In this document: positions 24,207-38,100 of the stretch, piece after piece
Layout of the letters: each line of letters begins with the position of its first letter
Numbering within the stretch: position 1 is the stretch's first letter
DNA from: Bugula neritina
Taxonomy: Eukaryota; Animalia; Bryozoa
Length of the DNA: 64,000 nucleotides
Reading direction: 5' to 3'
NCBI GenBank assembly: GCA_964035545.1
Contig: OZ037770.1
Coordinates: forward strand, 14,436,642-14,500,641
Made by a program: the position numbers and the translations under genes
Notes under the pieces: model-generated
Databases searched by the model: none
What the model was told of the DNA's origin: nothing
The model's input: only the letters and a program-made list of their open reading frames with translations

Positions 24207-24626
24207 AGCTGTGTTTGCCAACGGAACCCAAGTTTCCAGTAACAACTGAATTCTCTTCACATGGTTATTATGGGTGGATTTAATACCCAGAAATACGTCT
24301 TCGATGTAAAGATTATCCTCAGCCAAGTTTGGCGCCGCTAGCTGTTTTCTGGAATATAGGTAGCTGTTCAGCTGGTGTATGCCAATACTTAAATTCATTT
24401 TATGTGATGGGCTGTCTTTGTGAACCTTGTAGGCTTTCGTAGGGAATATGTGCCAGGGCTTAGAGCAATGGAGAACTCTAGCTTGGTCTTTGGAGCTGCT
24501 GTAGAATAGAAGGTTGGCAGCCTTCAAAAGGGCCAGGCATACTAGAAGGCTCAGTAGAGATTTGACAATCGATGAAGACATTTTCCTATACTTTATATTC
24601 ATGTCCATGTCAACACAACTCCTCAT
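24207..24626 (-). CDS. Alternative first coding exon 1b of Fringe-like gene B (TM + stem + start of catalytic domain)
   Basis: 140 codons with TM SLLSLLVCLALLKAANLLFY and LYIEDVFLGIKSTHNNHVKRIQLLLETWVPLANTA. Ends in a phase-0 GTAAGT donor at the homologous position. No exon-2 homolog seen before exon 1a, so it is inferred to splice to 17544. Confidence 0.82.
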
Positions 24627-27600
24627 TCAAGCTAAAACTCTAAAACATTAAATTCAACGGGAAAGTTCATTACATGATATATACGTTTCCCCATGCACAA
24701 CACCATGTGGGGAAACAACTCCAAATGCATTCGCTTGCTGCTGTTATATATGTATTTATCTTGCAAGGAATAAAGTTGTCCAAAATTTACTACTCTGGAA
24801 TATTCTAGTAGCAAAATTTATACAAACATCATTCTAGAAAATAGAATATTATTCAAAAAGACAAAATATTTTCTACTTTTCTGCTGTTACACTATGTGCG
24901 TGTGAGTGTGTGTGGTTGTGTTACACCAGTTAACAATTCTAACTGCATTATCTATATTTATTACTCACTTTACTTAAAGAGCTAAAAAGATAAGGATACT
25001 GAATGAGGTGATGAAATCAAGAAATCACGATGAGAGTTAGTATTGCAATGACTATGATTCATAACAGTTATCAACAATGTTGAAACCCTGCTGTTAAAAC
25101 ACAGTGATTGTGAGCTACAAAACCAGCCAACATGTGTTTCAAAATGTTTTTCTTAAAACAATAACAATGAATCTGAAGCTTGGTTATTAAAAATCGGAAT
25201 AAAACCCTTTTCAAGTTGAACTTAAATTTTGAAATTTTACATGCAATATCATAAGCTTCCAAACATGCAAAAAGTTTTAACAACAATCATGGGCATGGGC
25301 AACTTAGCGCGGTAATCAAAATATTAATATCAATATTATTATGACCATACCAACTTTAAAAGCAAGCATAAATTAAACTCATCCGAATTAATGTTACCAG
25401 CTATGACCATTAATAAGTTTAAAATAAGTAGTGCTAATGGTGGGTGTTGACGTAGTAAATTTCAGCCAGTGAAGGCAATCACACACTTTTTCTGATTCAC
25501 ATAGTCACAGCTTGATTACTATTTTAAAATTAGTCTCTAAAATTAGATTGTAGATTATCAACATTATTTCAGGTAGGTGCAGTAATGGAGAAATTGAGAA
25601 AAAATAGAGCAAAAGAAGTTGTGTTATTGCAAGAATTTCAACCCGCACCACAAACTAAAATTTAATAATAAAATTAAAGAGCTTAGGCTATCTTAATTTC
25701 TCCACTACTGTTCCTAAGTATTAGGAGTATTACTGCTTCTTCAGTATTATTATCACCATTATCGAAATAGAATGAGCAAGTCTAAGTCTCAGACTTAGTC
25801 CAAATGTTGATGTTACTTTAAACTTAAAGAACAGTTCCGTAGCACAATTCCAATTCTTATACTCCTGACCAATCACTCAGTTTGCTTTTTCATGCAGCTC
25901 AGTACCAGCAAGAGCTTAAGCAAATCACAAAAATAAAAAATGAGTCCCCATGCTAATAGTTATCAGTATGAGCTATTACTATTAGTATTGGAGTCACAGT
26001 AATGTTACCAATAATAGTATTACCATGAAATTTTAAAAAATGTAGTAAATACTAATCATCATTCTACATTAAAATGAAATCAGCATTTCAATAGTAAGGT
26101 TTGAATACTCATACTTGCAGCATCAATTTTCCTAGAATAAAAATTCGAGTTAGTCTAAGACTTATGAGTTATGAGTAAACATGCTTTTCAACTTTTTGCT
26201 ATTATCATTATGGCTATTAGTAATACTATTAGTATTAGTATTATTATGATTATGATTATCATAATCATAATGATTACCAATAGCCTAGGCAATATGTAAA
26301 CTTAATAATAAGAATGTTACATTTTCATTTTGAATAAATTAAAATAATCAATACATTATTATTATAACATAACATTATGATTAATAATTACCATAAGAAT
26401 AACATAAATTTTAAATAATTATTATAATCATAATAAAATAATATCAAATTCAATACGAATAATATTTTAATAACATTAAGTTTAACTCAATATTACATTT
26501 ACTAATTCTATTACTTAGTCTTATAGTTATTAGTATCACTATAATTAAATTTAATTACTTAATTTTACAATTATAATTGTAATAATAATGTACTATTAGT
26601 ACTACTAGTCTTATACTAATACTCAGTAATAGTAATACTAATACTGTAATAGTATTAGTCATGATTAGATAATAAATTTACTTTTAGTTTTAGTGTTACT
26701 AAGTCTAATAGTAATAGTAATACTTATAATATTATATAATAATTCACAATCACAATGAGTGAATGACATTGACTATCATAATGTCAATGTGAATGACAAT
26801 GTGAATTTGAATCACAGACACTAAGACTAAAAGTGAAACTGTATGTCTTACTGATTGTCAGCTGTAAGTTGTAGTTATTAAAGTCTATTAAACTTTCACT
26901 AATACTAAAAGTAACATCAATACTTATACTCACCGACGGCTTCGCTTGAGCGACCAGCTCCTCTTAGGCTAAAGATTGCCAATTCAAATTTAATTAATGC
27001 TTCAACTCAATTTAGCCTTAGGAGCAGTAGTGGAAAAATTGAGATAGCTTAAGTTTATTATTTTTATTATTAAATTGTGGTTTGGGGCGCTGGTTGAAAT
27101 TCTCTTGAGAACATAACTTATTTTGCTCTCAAATATGAGAGCCAAGAGATGATACATAAGCAGAGCCAGATGGCAACAGAGTCCATGGTGGCTGCTGCTG
27201 CTGCTTGGCTACCTTGAGTTTTTATCTTCATACTATTTGCATTTTAAAATTATCGAAATGAAATCAACACTTGGGTTCAGCCATCACTTGAATTGTCATC
27301 AAAGTACAATAGAATGCTATGATTACAAACAAAAGCATTGAACGTGGTAGTTATTTATCCAGGTATTCGAAAATTTCTATTGTCTTGCTCTATTATTATT
27401 CTATTTACTCAGTAAATAAACATTTAAGGGGAACCACTTCATCGCTTCCGAAAGCGAACTTGGGATTTCCCTCACCTAATAATAATATATTTCAACATTT
27501 TATTCAAAGAAATACATTAGCAAGCACAAAATAAAATAATTTTTTTTGCAGAAGATGAAAAATTTTGCACTGCGAAATCATTCAAATCAAACCTAGGCCT

Positions 27601-30247
27601 GTTATCAATGATTAAATATGATTGGACTATGACTGGGTTATTTCTTTTATAATACAATGACAATTATTGTCAATTTTGCCAAGAATGGTGTTTCCTGATT
27701 GAAAGCCTCATATGTAAATTGAGCAGCATCTTTGCATTTTACATGCCATTGTTGAAAAAAGATCATAAGAGCTTTAACTAGCTGATAAATTCACATTCCA
27801 TTTCAATGACATTCTCATTTGCAAATATATTTTGAAAGTGTAACAGAAATTTTATCTGTTTTGGTTTTTACATTAAGAACCCATGAGTTTATTATATTCA
27901 TAAGTGGTTCCACCAAATGATATACTGTTAATTAGCTGGATTGTAAAAAATATTCACTCCTTTTCCATAATGCATGCTTAGTACGTTTCCTTATACAACT
28001 GTACTGTTTACACATTTGATAATGACATAAAAGAAAATATTATAAACATTACCAACACTGTGATAAGGAAAATGTCAACTGGTGGAGATAATATTCTGAA
28101 ATTCTAGTTATTCAGTTCATAAGATAAATATTATAGATAACATGGATAACAGTTGACAACTTCAAGTATGCATTTAAGCACATCTCATTAAGTATCTGGA
28201 TTGAAATTCTTGTGAAAACATAACGTCTTTTACTACATTGCTAATCTAGAACACAGTCTTTTCTCTATTTCTCTATTACTGCACCTGCCTCTGAAAAACA
28301 CAGTAAACATCCAAATACATTGGAAGCACAGTAGCTAATAATGCTAAAATCATAGATAAAATCTCGCTGAGCATAGGAAATGCAGTGTATAGAAAATATG
28401 CTAGATGCAGCAATATAAAAATAATAGGTAAAGATCGAGATTAAAAGATACTGTGAAGTAAAACATGAAGAAGCTAGATATGAAGAAAGAAGGTTAGTAA
28501 AACAAAACTAACTATACATCATCTGATAGGACAGGGCTGTCCAACAGGCGGCCCCAACCTACATTTATGTGGCCCTCGAAGACATAAAGCTACAATTAGT
28601 TTTCACACATATACATGAAGTATAGAGTGAAAAAACACCTTTTAAATGTCTTATTTCTACATATGCTACAAAACATGCAGTCTGCAGTGACTATTGGGAC
28701 TTAATTGTGTAATTATTCATAGGAATTTGGAATAAAGTAATTTGAAAAATATTGATGCTGTGGTCCCCCAGCTCAAGTTGAAGTTTAGAATGTGGTTCTC
28801 GTCAACGGAAAATTCTCTTTCAGTGGCCCTCAGTGTAAAAGGACCGGAAACCTCTGTGCTAGAAGCTGTATGACTAACCTAGAACAGTTTTTATTGTATT
28901 ATTGGCCAACTGATATGGTGATCATTGTTCTATGGTGTGTGTTTTACTATAGTAGAGGTTTGCAGTTTTTTTGCACAGAGGAGTTGATTTACTTACACTG
29001 CGTTTCCATGACTTCGCATTGTGCGAATGAATGCACGTGCGTGGATGAATGCACATACGGGATTAATCGTGTTTTGTGGTTTGCATTAACTTAAAGTTGT
29101 GGTTTCATTCGATGTAACTGTTACCATTATATAGCGGAATGAAAAAATCCATTGCATAATGCGATAATAGAAACATACACATATATAAGGCTTAGCGTAA
29201 CTGCATCACAGTTTACGCGGGATATTTTTCAAGAGCTAAAACATGTAATTGCAACAGATTTTGAACAGTGCTAGTAGTCAAACAGAGTTACAGCTGTTTA
29301 TGGAAGACAAGTTGTGCTATAGCTAGCAACATAAAAAGTAGAAAACTGGTTGTTCTGTAATGAAGTTGATATAGTAGGTACAACCATTTGTTTGTTTTTC
29401 TGTAAGGATATTTAATTCCCTGTAAGCAAATCAGTTAGTTTAGCCACAAAATTGTTTATCTTATCTAGGTCAGAGCCAGACGTCAGGTGACTTAGTTTTT
29501 GGCGCCGAAATAATTTTTTTTCTGGCTTAATGACTCTAAAATTCAGTAAGAAAATAATATAAAAGAAGTGTAAAATAACTTTTTTTTTTTATTCGACAGT
29601 ATGAAGTAATTATATTTGTGAATTACAAATAATTTGACTACTTTTCGTATAGTACCTGGTCATAGTGGTGTCTTACTACAACATTTAGGTGCAGCAGTGG
29701 AGAAATTAAGATAGCCTAATGCCCTAATTGTTTTTTTAGATTTCTTTATAAATCTTGGTTTAAGGCCCGGGTTGAAATTCTTGCAAAAACATAACTTTTT
29801 TTGCTACTTTTCTGATCTAGAACACAGGCTTTTCTCAATTTCTCCATTATATAATTGCACCTACCTCCAAAAACCCTACTACCACTATCTAAGATACTTT
29901 GTTTTGTGAAGAGAGAAATTGAATTTATATATTTATTTAATTAACTTATTTTGTTCTTCTTTCATGCTTGATATTTTGATTTATGTGATCTCATTCATAT
30001 TGTAGCTAAGGATACCATAATTCATTTAGAAATTCAAAGAATTTTAAACATAAAATTAAACATGAAAGCATAACTCCAAGTTGAGCATAATACAACACTG
30101 ACAAATTCAAGTTCAAAAGTCAGGTAACTTTACCCAAGGTAAAATCTTAGGCATAATGTTTTGTTCACCAAATAAAATAATATGCATTTTAAAATTGCCA
30201 TTTAATGCAGTAAAGTCGCCATTGGATTTGGAAACACCCTAAAATTT

Positions 30248-30330
30248 TTGCTCCAACTGGGATTTGAACCGAGACCTCTAGTTTTGCAAGCAGGCACTCT
30301 AACCATTACACCACAGGGGCTACTGGGTAA
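30248..30330 (-). repeat. tRNA-like short repeat / SINE head (copies at about 38785-38865 +, 45016-45088 -, 53076-53205 +; partial at about 41085-41120 and 45200-45245)
   Basis: ttacccagtagcccctgtggtgtaatggttag...ttgcaa...ggttc(a/g)aatccc...gg(a/g)gca. A and B boxes are present, the 5' flank is shared by most copies, and the anticodon stems pair poorly. Confidence 0.65.
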
Positions 30331-30735
30331 ACTCAGCATTACAAATACTAGTTCAAGAACTATTTCATATACGCAGGACCAAATAACTTCAGCAATATAA
30401 TATAATACAACATTCCACAGTATATTATACTGTGGAATGTTGATTTTAGGACATTACATGAGCTTAGAGACTTCAGCTATAACACATCATGCTGTACGTT
30501 GTGTTTATGTATTTTTGCTGAAAGACAATGGTACCAGTTGCAATAACTTCTACATTAAGTTAGACAGTTAAATAGTTGCTATAGGGATTAAGTATTAATT
30601 TTTTGTTTGTAAATAAGTTTTGGGACTACTACACAAGTACATAACTCTGTTTATAGAAGCAATGATCTCTAAAAGAACAGTGTTTAGAGCACCATTCTGA
30701 TGCATTTACTTGCTTAAAGGGGTCATACATCGATC

Positions 30736-33700
30736 ATGCCAGGTTCGTTTATTAAATTCTTCTTATTTTATTTCGCATATGCAATATTTTGTGTTCCGAC
30801 ACCTTTAGTAAGATTTTTACAGAGTATGCTGTAGTCTATATTGCTAGATTGCCATGTTCAAGGCCAACAGTTCATTTAGGAGCATTAAAAACTCACACAA
30901 GTTGATAGTCACGTCATGCCTGTGAGAAAACCCCTTATGCATGGTTCAGGTTTTTTTGTTAAATTGGGCTAAGGACTCGTTTAGATGAGGCACAGGAGCA
31001 ATTATGACTGGATGCTCTTCCTAATTACATCACCAATTTGGCCTTTGTCAAGGTTCGAACTCATGACTTCATGCTTACTAGGCGAATGCTGTAACCCCTA
31101 GGCCACTACTGCTCCCTATTTATAGAAGCATTAATCAATATTAATAAATATTTTATCTTAAAGTAAAGTTAATATTATATAGAGAAAAAACGCTTAATTG
31201 TCATACTTGAAGTGATGACAAACTTTTCGATTTTGTACTTTTTAATTTTGTAGAAGCTGAGAAAAACTTAAGTTTTTCTGTATCAAAGAAGAAGCGACTC
31301 CTAATCCTACTACTACTGCTGATTTTAGCAGTTATCTCCCTTAAAACAATAAATGACAACATAGAAACCAGCTCATCAAATAGAAGGAAGCTGGCATATG
31401 GAGTTGTTGTTGCTGACTCAAGACGCAGTCAGCATTCATATGTTAAAAATAAGGAGCCTCCTTTTGACTTTGGTGACTTCTACTCCATTGACAAACCGAA
31501 ACACTGGACGCCTGACTGGGAACTGGAGAGAAATATTTTCAAACTGCTCACTCAGAGAAGGAAAGATATTCAAGAAAGGTAGTCAGACTAGGGTCTAGGG
31601 TTTCCAAGTGAGTTAGGACAACTCCCAAACAGGCACTTTCTGGAAAGATGCATTACATAAATAAATTAATTAATAAATTAATTTAATTCGTATATACTTT
31701 TCAATAGTTTTAGTTTTAAAATTTTAGTCGGTGGAGAAACTTACTCGGTCATCCTTTAGTAATAGTTCAAAATCTTGGAATTACTATTATATATAGCATA
31801 CAAATACACTGTACTATACCATAATACACTGTGATGTACCATAACACACTGTACTATACCATTATACACTGTAATATACCATAATACACACTGCAATGTA
31901 CCATAATGCACTGAACTATACCATAATGCACTGTACTATACCATAATACACGTACTGTAGTATTTCAGATGCAAGAGGTTGACCCCCTACATCAATCGTT
32001 GGAATCGAAAGCCAAAGTCTCGTCACGTTATAGGAGGTGGATTGAATCTTTGTACCACAGCTAAAGGGGGAAGCACTTTCTGGAAAGCAGTAATTTACAG
32101 AAGAAAACAAGATCTGGAAGAAAGTAGCCAAAAACTTTTCGCAAACACAAACACGGTGGGAAAACTCGATAAACAGAGTTAAAAAAACAAACTTTACTTG
32201 AGCTCATAAACTATAAAAATATTTACTGAGTGAAGTAAGTGGTAGTGTGTCAAGTAAATACCTAAACACATTTAACAACTTTTAGACAGAAACTGACAAC
32301 TGATTGAACTAAGACACCTTCAAAATTATATGTTATACTAGCAGTTGAGCGTGAAATTTTGAATAATCACAAAAAAGAGCAAATTTGTTCTATTAGATAA
32401 TGATAACAAGTTGTTGTTACCAAAAGTTGTGCTGTTAGCCTAAATAGACCCTTTTTCAAAGGTTCTCGATATCCTCTTTACAATTAAGAGTTGTGTCCTC
32501 CCAGAGTGAATAGATTTACCCTTTGTATAATGAGCTAACTCAATAAAAATTTTAAGTTCAACTGCTACTTAAAATTCTAATTATGCTTTAGAATTATTCT
32601 TTTAGGAGACAGATGTTTTGGTATAGGCACACCTTGGCAGTTCAAAAAAAAAATTAAAAATAATATTTCTTCATGAAAAATTTTAAAGAAAATAAGCTTG
32701 AAAGCATTGTTGAGGTTTTGGTTACTGAGCAATGCTGATGTGGCACTTCAGCATTGCTTAGCAACCAAAACCACAAAAATAATATGTTCAAGTTTATTTT
32801 GTTCAATAATTTTTATTTTGGGAGGACACAACTCTTAATTGTAAGGGAACATTGGGACCTCTGAAAAGGGTCTATTCAATTTAAAATAAGTGTAGTATAA
32901 AGATGCTGTTGAGAATTCAATAGATATTTACAACTTTTTTTTTTTTACACAGAACATAGCAATAGATTATAATAGTATATTATAATATAAAATAATATGT
33001 TGGCATTTAGAGTTTCGTGGTGGCTCGAAACCCTTGGCACAGGCTGGTAAGCGCGTGGAATGACAAAATCGTAACAGACAGTGCAAAGAATTTTTGGATG
33101 CGAATGATGTGTTTAAACAGACAATGGCAAGATCACCCAACCTTTAAGTAAGCACTTATATAAAGTTATAAAACAATTCTGTTATACTTAAAGAAAGTTT
33201 GTAGTAAAGCTGTAAAGTTTCCAATTTATATACAGGATAGTGCTTGCGAAAAACTATAAATTTTCATCGTTGACGCTAGTGAAATAATTGGGACAGTTTA
33301 GGCTGACGTTGAAATAATTTTCTGAGCTTCAATTTTCTACAAACTACTATTTTGCCTTAATCTAGTTTTAATATGTATAAAAATCGACTTATTACTTCTT
33401 GTTATACAAAAGCTTATTAGACAGTCTGTCGATGGGTTCATAATTTGCACAACTTGTTTCAGTGAGTTTATAACAAAATGTGTGATAGCAAATTGGCGGA
33501 AGAACAAACGTTTTAACACTCACTGGCTGCCAGTGATTGACAGGTGTCAAATCTGTGACAAGGGGACAAACATGGATGTTTTCAGTAAGTAGTAAGTGTA
33601 AAAATTAGCTGGTGGCAGAGAAATAAATTGATAAAATGGAAATTCAAATAATTCAAATCGTGTCAATGTAGCAAGAGTGGCTGCTTTATACAAATTACAT

Positions 33701-34161
33701 GTATTTCAAACTACTTAAGTATGTAGGCTACATTAACTCAATGCTTTTGTGAATGTTGCTAAAAGCAGCACAGAGTTGGTGGTGACCAAGTACAGTATTT
33801 GTATACACATTATTGTCTGAACTCCAAACTCAACCCCCTTCGAACCAATGCACTCAGTTCCCCAACTTGCTGCTGCTTCTAGCACTTTCATACTTTTATA
33901 GTTGCAGCAGAAAATATGAATAACGAAGGTGCTTATTTATTAAAAAAGTACAGCAAAGTTGAAAACTCGTCTGCTTATATTCAAACTACTCGAGAGAAAT
34001 CTATACGTGAGTCGGAGAAAAGAAAAGACACCGGATCTTATAAGATGCAGTATCTAAATGTTAGCAGAGAGAATTTGCTACTGCTGAGAGAGATTTACAA
34101 ATATGAGATTTATTTATTTCAGTATCCAGATACACCATTTGTAGACTTTGAGAGAAGTTAA
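30736..34161 (+). CDS. Golgi type II carbohydrate sulfotransferase (Sulfotransfer_2, CHST8-14/HNK-1ST-like)
   Basis: Probable exons 30736-30742, 31254-31578 (KKKRLLILLLLLILAVISL TM), 31969 to 32089 or about 32155 (5'PSB-like CTTAKGGSTFWK), 33011-33147 (3'PB FVVARNPWHRLVSAWNDK), 33463-33584 (HWLPVIDRCQIC), 33902-34161 (IYKYEIYLFQY). The start exon and the end of exon 3 are uncertain. Confidence 0.85.
31805..31960. repeat. about 20-22-bp minisatellite ending just before the acceptor at 31968
   Basis: Unit cactgtactataccataata(ca), about 7 copies. Confidence 0.8.
32443..32876. mobile_element. MITE with about 60-bp TIRs and an internal hairpin, in a sulfotransferase intron
   Basis: aatagaccctttt...caattaagagttgtgtcctccc and gggaggacacaactcttaattg...aaaagggtctatt. 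Internal palindrome ggttttggttactgagcaatgctga...tcagcattgcttagcaaccaaaacc. Confidence 0.8.
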
Positions 34162-35161
34162 CACTTTTATCAGAATGATATTCTGTGACTCACAGAGCCA
34201 TAATTGATACCTAGTAGATATCTACAGCTTATATATAATACAATAACTATATATTTTGAGCTTCGTCCATTTTGAGAATCTTTGTATTTTAGCAACTTCT
34301 GAAGTGTTTACAGTTATTTTTTAAAATCCTGTTTAGTCTGAAAAATATTTCTTGTTTAGAATAGTGTTCTATTAAGTTTTATGTTGACATGTTGTGTGCG
34401 GATGTTTGAAAGTAGATTTTATAAGAGTTTTTAGTGTATATGTATTGTGTGTCAGCAAAGCGTGACCAAAAAAAGGAAATTAGAAAAACAATATAACAGG
34501 GTTGCACCCAAAAAGGGTTATCCAATAAATAAAGTGATTATGAATTGGAGTTGTCTGCACAGTCACATATAAACAAATGCAGAATATACTATGATTTAAA
34601 TATAATAGGCTTCGAATGCATGTAGTTAAGTAAAATTACTTAACACAATTAACCGTTTATCAATTATTGAGAATTAGGTTTACACATTGAAATGAAGTTG
34701 CTATAAATTTGCGGTATCATCAACTTTTAACAATTAATAATTCCTGCTTAACACAACTTTAAGGTATCTAAAGCCATGATTAATAAGCAAGCTTTATATA
34801 ATTGTATGTCAAACTGATAATAGTTATTTAAGTAATATATAACTAGAATTAAAGTTAATTTTACCAGCATTTTGTTTTCTATAGCTGTTACACAATATAC
34901 TTTATATTTTATAAGTTATTTTTCTGTTGCATGTATTTATTTCTTAATATTTTGCAATTCAGCAATCTATAACCTTAGATCATGCTAAATTAAGTACAGT
35001 ATTTTACTTTAACATTCTGCAAACATTTAGTTGTACAAAAACACATGATTAAGCCTGTTTTGAATCCATCGTTTACATATATTATTTTTAGATGCCCATA
35101 CATATGATGGAATAGTTATTGCATTTTAGTTTCAGTTATTGTAAGTAACTCTGTTTGCCAT

Positions 35162-38100
35162 CTAACTGGATTCCTGCAACTTCATTGCTCTGACTTTGTT
35201 TTTGTGTTTCAGGTAAAAGCTGAAAAATTAAGTTATAAGTGAACACTAACCTTTGACCTTTTGCTCATAAAAAGAATCTGTACGTATCAAATTCAGAGCA
35301 GTCAACAAAGCAAAGTAATGACACTGTACAACGAAACAGTTTGATTAAAAGGACTGTTGTTACTTCAATTTGTACATTTTAATAGTTAGTCACCTCAACA
35401 GTAAAACAAACAGATTAGAATGATTAATGTTAATTCTTTCATGTTAGTTTTATTCATTTTAGTAAGGAGTTATGCTGCCTTTCTCATAAGTTTATTCTTT
35501 CCCCATGGCTAGCTTATATATAGTATGTTGTATTGAAGTCAGTATAATATACACGTTGTCTGCCTTGAAAACACGTGTTGCATTATTAATAACTTAAAAA
35601 GTACGTGCATCTTTTAAAAAATGCCTTCCAAAGCCTAATTTAAGGTAACCAATCAATGAGCTGTCAAAGCCGTATTTTTATAAACCTTCTTAAATTCTTC
35701 GAGTGTAAATTTTAAACTTCTGCAACAAACTTACTAGTTATAAGTCACACCAATGATCAGGCTGATCACCATTCCTCCACTCACAATGATCAGAGCAGTC
35801 AAAGCCTTCTTGTCTACAAGAAAGAGTTTACTTTTCCAAATTTTGCTACAATTAAGTCATAACTTTGTGCAATATTGCTTATAAATTATGACAAATATTA
35901 TTATCAAATTTCAAATTTACCTATAATTGTAAGTTTTTAAAAATATAGTTATCTTAAATGTAACATTTCCTACTGCATAGAGCTTTTAAAACCTATTTAT
36001 ACTCGTATTGACACATTTAGTTTATAAGTTTTTTTATTTCTGATTATAATACTTTATAAATTAACGTTATAATTTTAATTATAGCTGATAAATATAATAT
36101 TTATATTATTATATAATTTAAAAGACTTCAGTTATAGCATTATTGAGTTAGTAAAAAGTTGAGATTAAGAAACACACCCAGCTCTGCGTATGCCCCATCT
36201 GCATCTACGTCTTCTCTTTTGGATTCTGAGGAAGGATTGAGTGTTACTTGGTTGCTAGGTGAGCTGATGCCTTCTGGGTAAACTGATCTTATAGTCACCT
36301 TGACAACTTGAGTTACATCTATAGTTAAACTTGTGCTCATGGTGGCACTGCAGCAGACGTATGTCACTACAGATCTGTTAACGCAGACTTCCTGGACACA
36401 CTCTTGGACAAGGAAACTGCTAGGAGCCTAAATAAGCATAATGTAATAAAACATCATATAATGTAATATGATATAATATAATATAATATAAAACAGCATA
36501 ATACAATATAATGTAATGTAATATAATATAATATAGCATAATATAACATAGTATAATACAATACAATGTAATGTCATATAAAATAATATAATGTAGTATA
36601 ATTAAATATAAAACAATATAATATACAGTCACGTAAAATAATATAATGTAATATAATATAGTTTAACATGAAATAAAATAGTATAGTATAACATGAAATA
36701 AAATAGTATAGTATAACATAGCATAATGTGATATAAAAACATAGCATGAAATAACATAATGCAATATAAGATAATAAACTGCAATATAATATAAACAAAT
36801 TATATTATAAATAAGTTACTATTAAATTTAAATTGTCATCACCTTGCTAGAATTCGGAATGTTCCACGTGAAAGTGTAACCAATGTTATCAAGGGAAACT
36901 TGCAGGTTGGTTGGAGAAGGAAGCTCTGATGGAGCTGCTAAAAATGGAACAGCTATCACCTGACTATACTCTATACATTGTGGAATGAACAATAAATATG
37001 CTACATTATTTTAGATGGCATTATTTTAGAAATTAATGTAACTCTTAGGATAATTATTCAGATGCATGGAGGCATAAAGATATAAAGCATTACAGACTGC
37101 AAGCAGAGTAATCTGACCTCTACTGACCTTCTGAGTTCGTGACCTCTCGTGTTGACCTCATGCTAGTAACTGATGGCGGGCTACTGTCTACAACATTAGT
37201 ATTTGGAAAGTTAAAAACTTTGGTAAGGGCGGAGCTCGTATATTGGCCGTAAACTGACTGCACACTAATTTGGAACTGGCTGTCGACATCAAGAAAGGTG
37301 TTGAGAGTGAGCTCTGTGTCACAGCACGTATAAGGAACTGTCTTGAAAATCTCGCAGCCTTTAGTATTGCACTTTTGGAGAACAAACTTGTCGACGTACT
37401 AAAATGTACACAATACATGTTATGTAGTCATTCTAATCAGCCAATAAAAGATCTCGTCTCTAAGCCTAGGGCCACACTGTGCATATTTTCACATGCGAAC
37501 ATTTACACCACAAGTAGCAAAGGTGTCTACTGTATGCATTGAGAAAACATTCGCACTTGGCGCTCAGCATTCTGAACGCAAGTGCGAATCGTTTCTGTTG
37601 TTGCCACCTAATTGGCTGGTAGTTATTTAGCGAGCCCAATTCTTTTATTTTAGTGTTATATTCCAGTAAATTGCGTTTTAATAAAAGCAAGTGCAACTTA
37701 AAAATGAAAGTTTTATTTATTCCGCATCGCTGATGCTGCAGTGGACACCTTTGCTACCTGTGGTTTTAATTTTCGCATGCGAAAATGCGCACCGTGTGGC
37801 CCTAGGCTAATAGGCAAATAACAAATTTAAACTAAAAAAACAAATTCAAACTGAAAAATATCAAAGAATGACAAATAAACAAAGCAAACAATGCAAAAAT
37901 AAATCTTGCAGTTTTAACCTGATATATCTGGAATTAAACAATTAATGCAGCAACACTATACATACTAAATACGCGCAGTGTGGTCCTAGGCTAATAGGCA
38001 ACACTATACATACTATTGGGCTCGGAGAAAACCTAAGTCTTCTACTTACAGTCTCGGTAGAATATATCGTCCACTTTAAAGTGTATTCACTATTTTTTTG

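Noticed and set aside
25571-27130. Composite transposon bounded by inverted MITE family 1 copies
   Set aside because: The copies are diverged and one is partial, with no TSD or ORF between them. Independent insertions are the simpler explanation.
30248-30322. Functional tRNA-Cys(GCA) gene
   Set aside because: The anticodon and acceptor stems pair poorly, and diverged copies with a shared flank occur elsewhere. Treated as a repeat.
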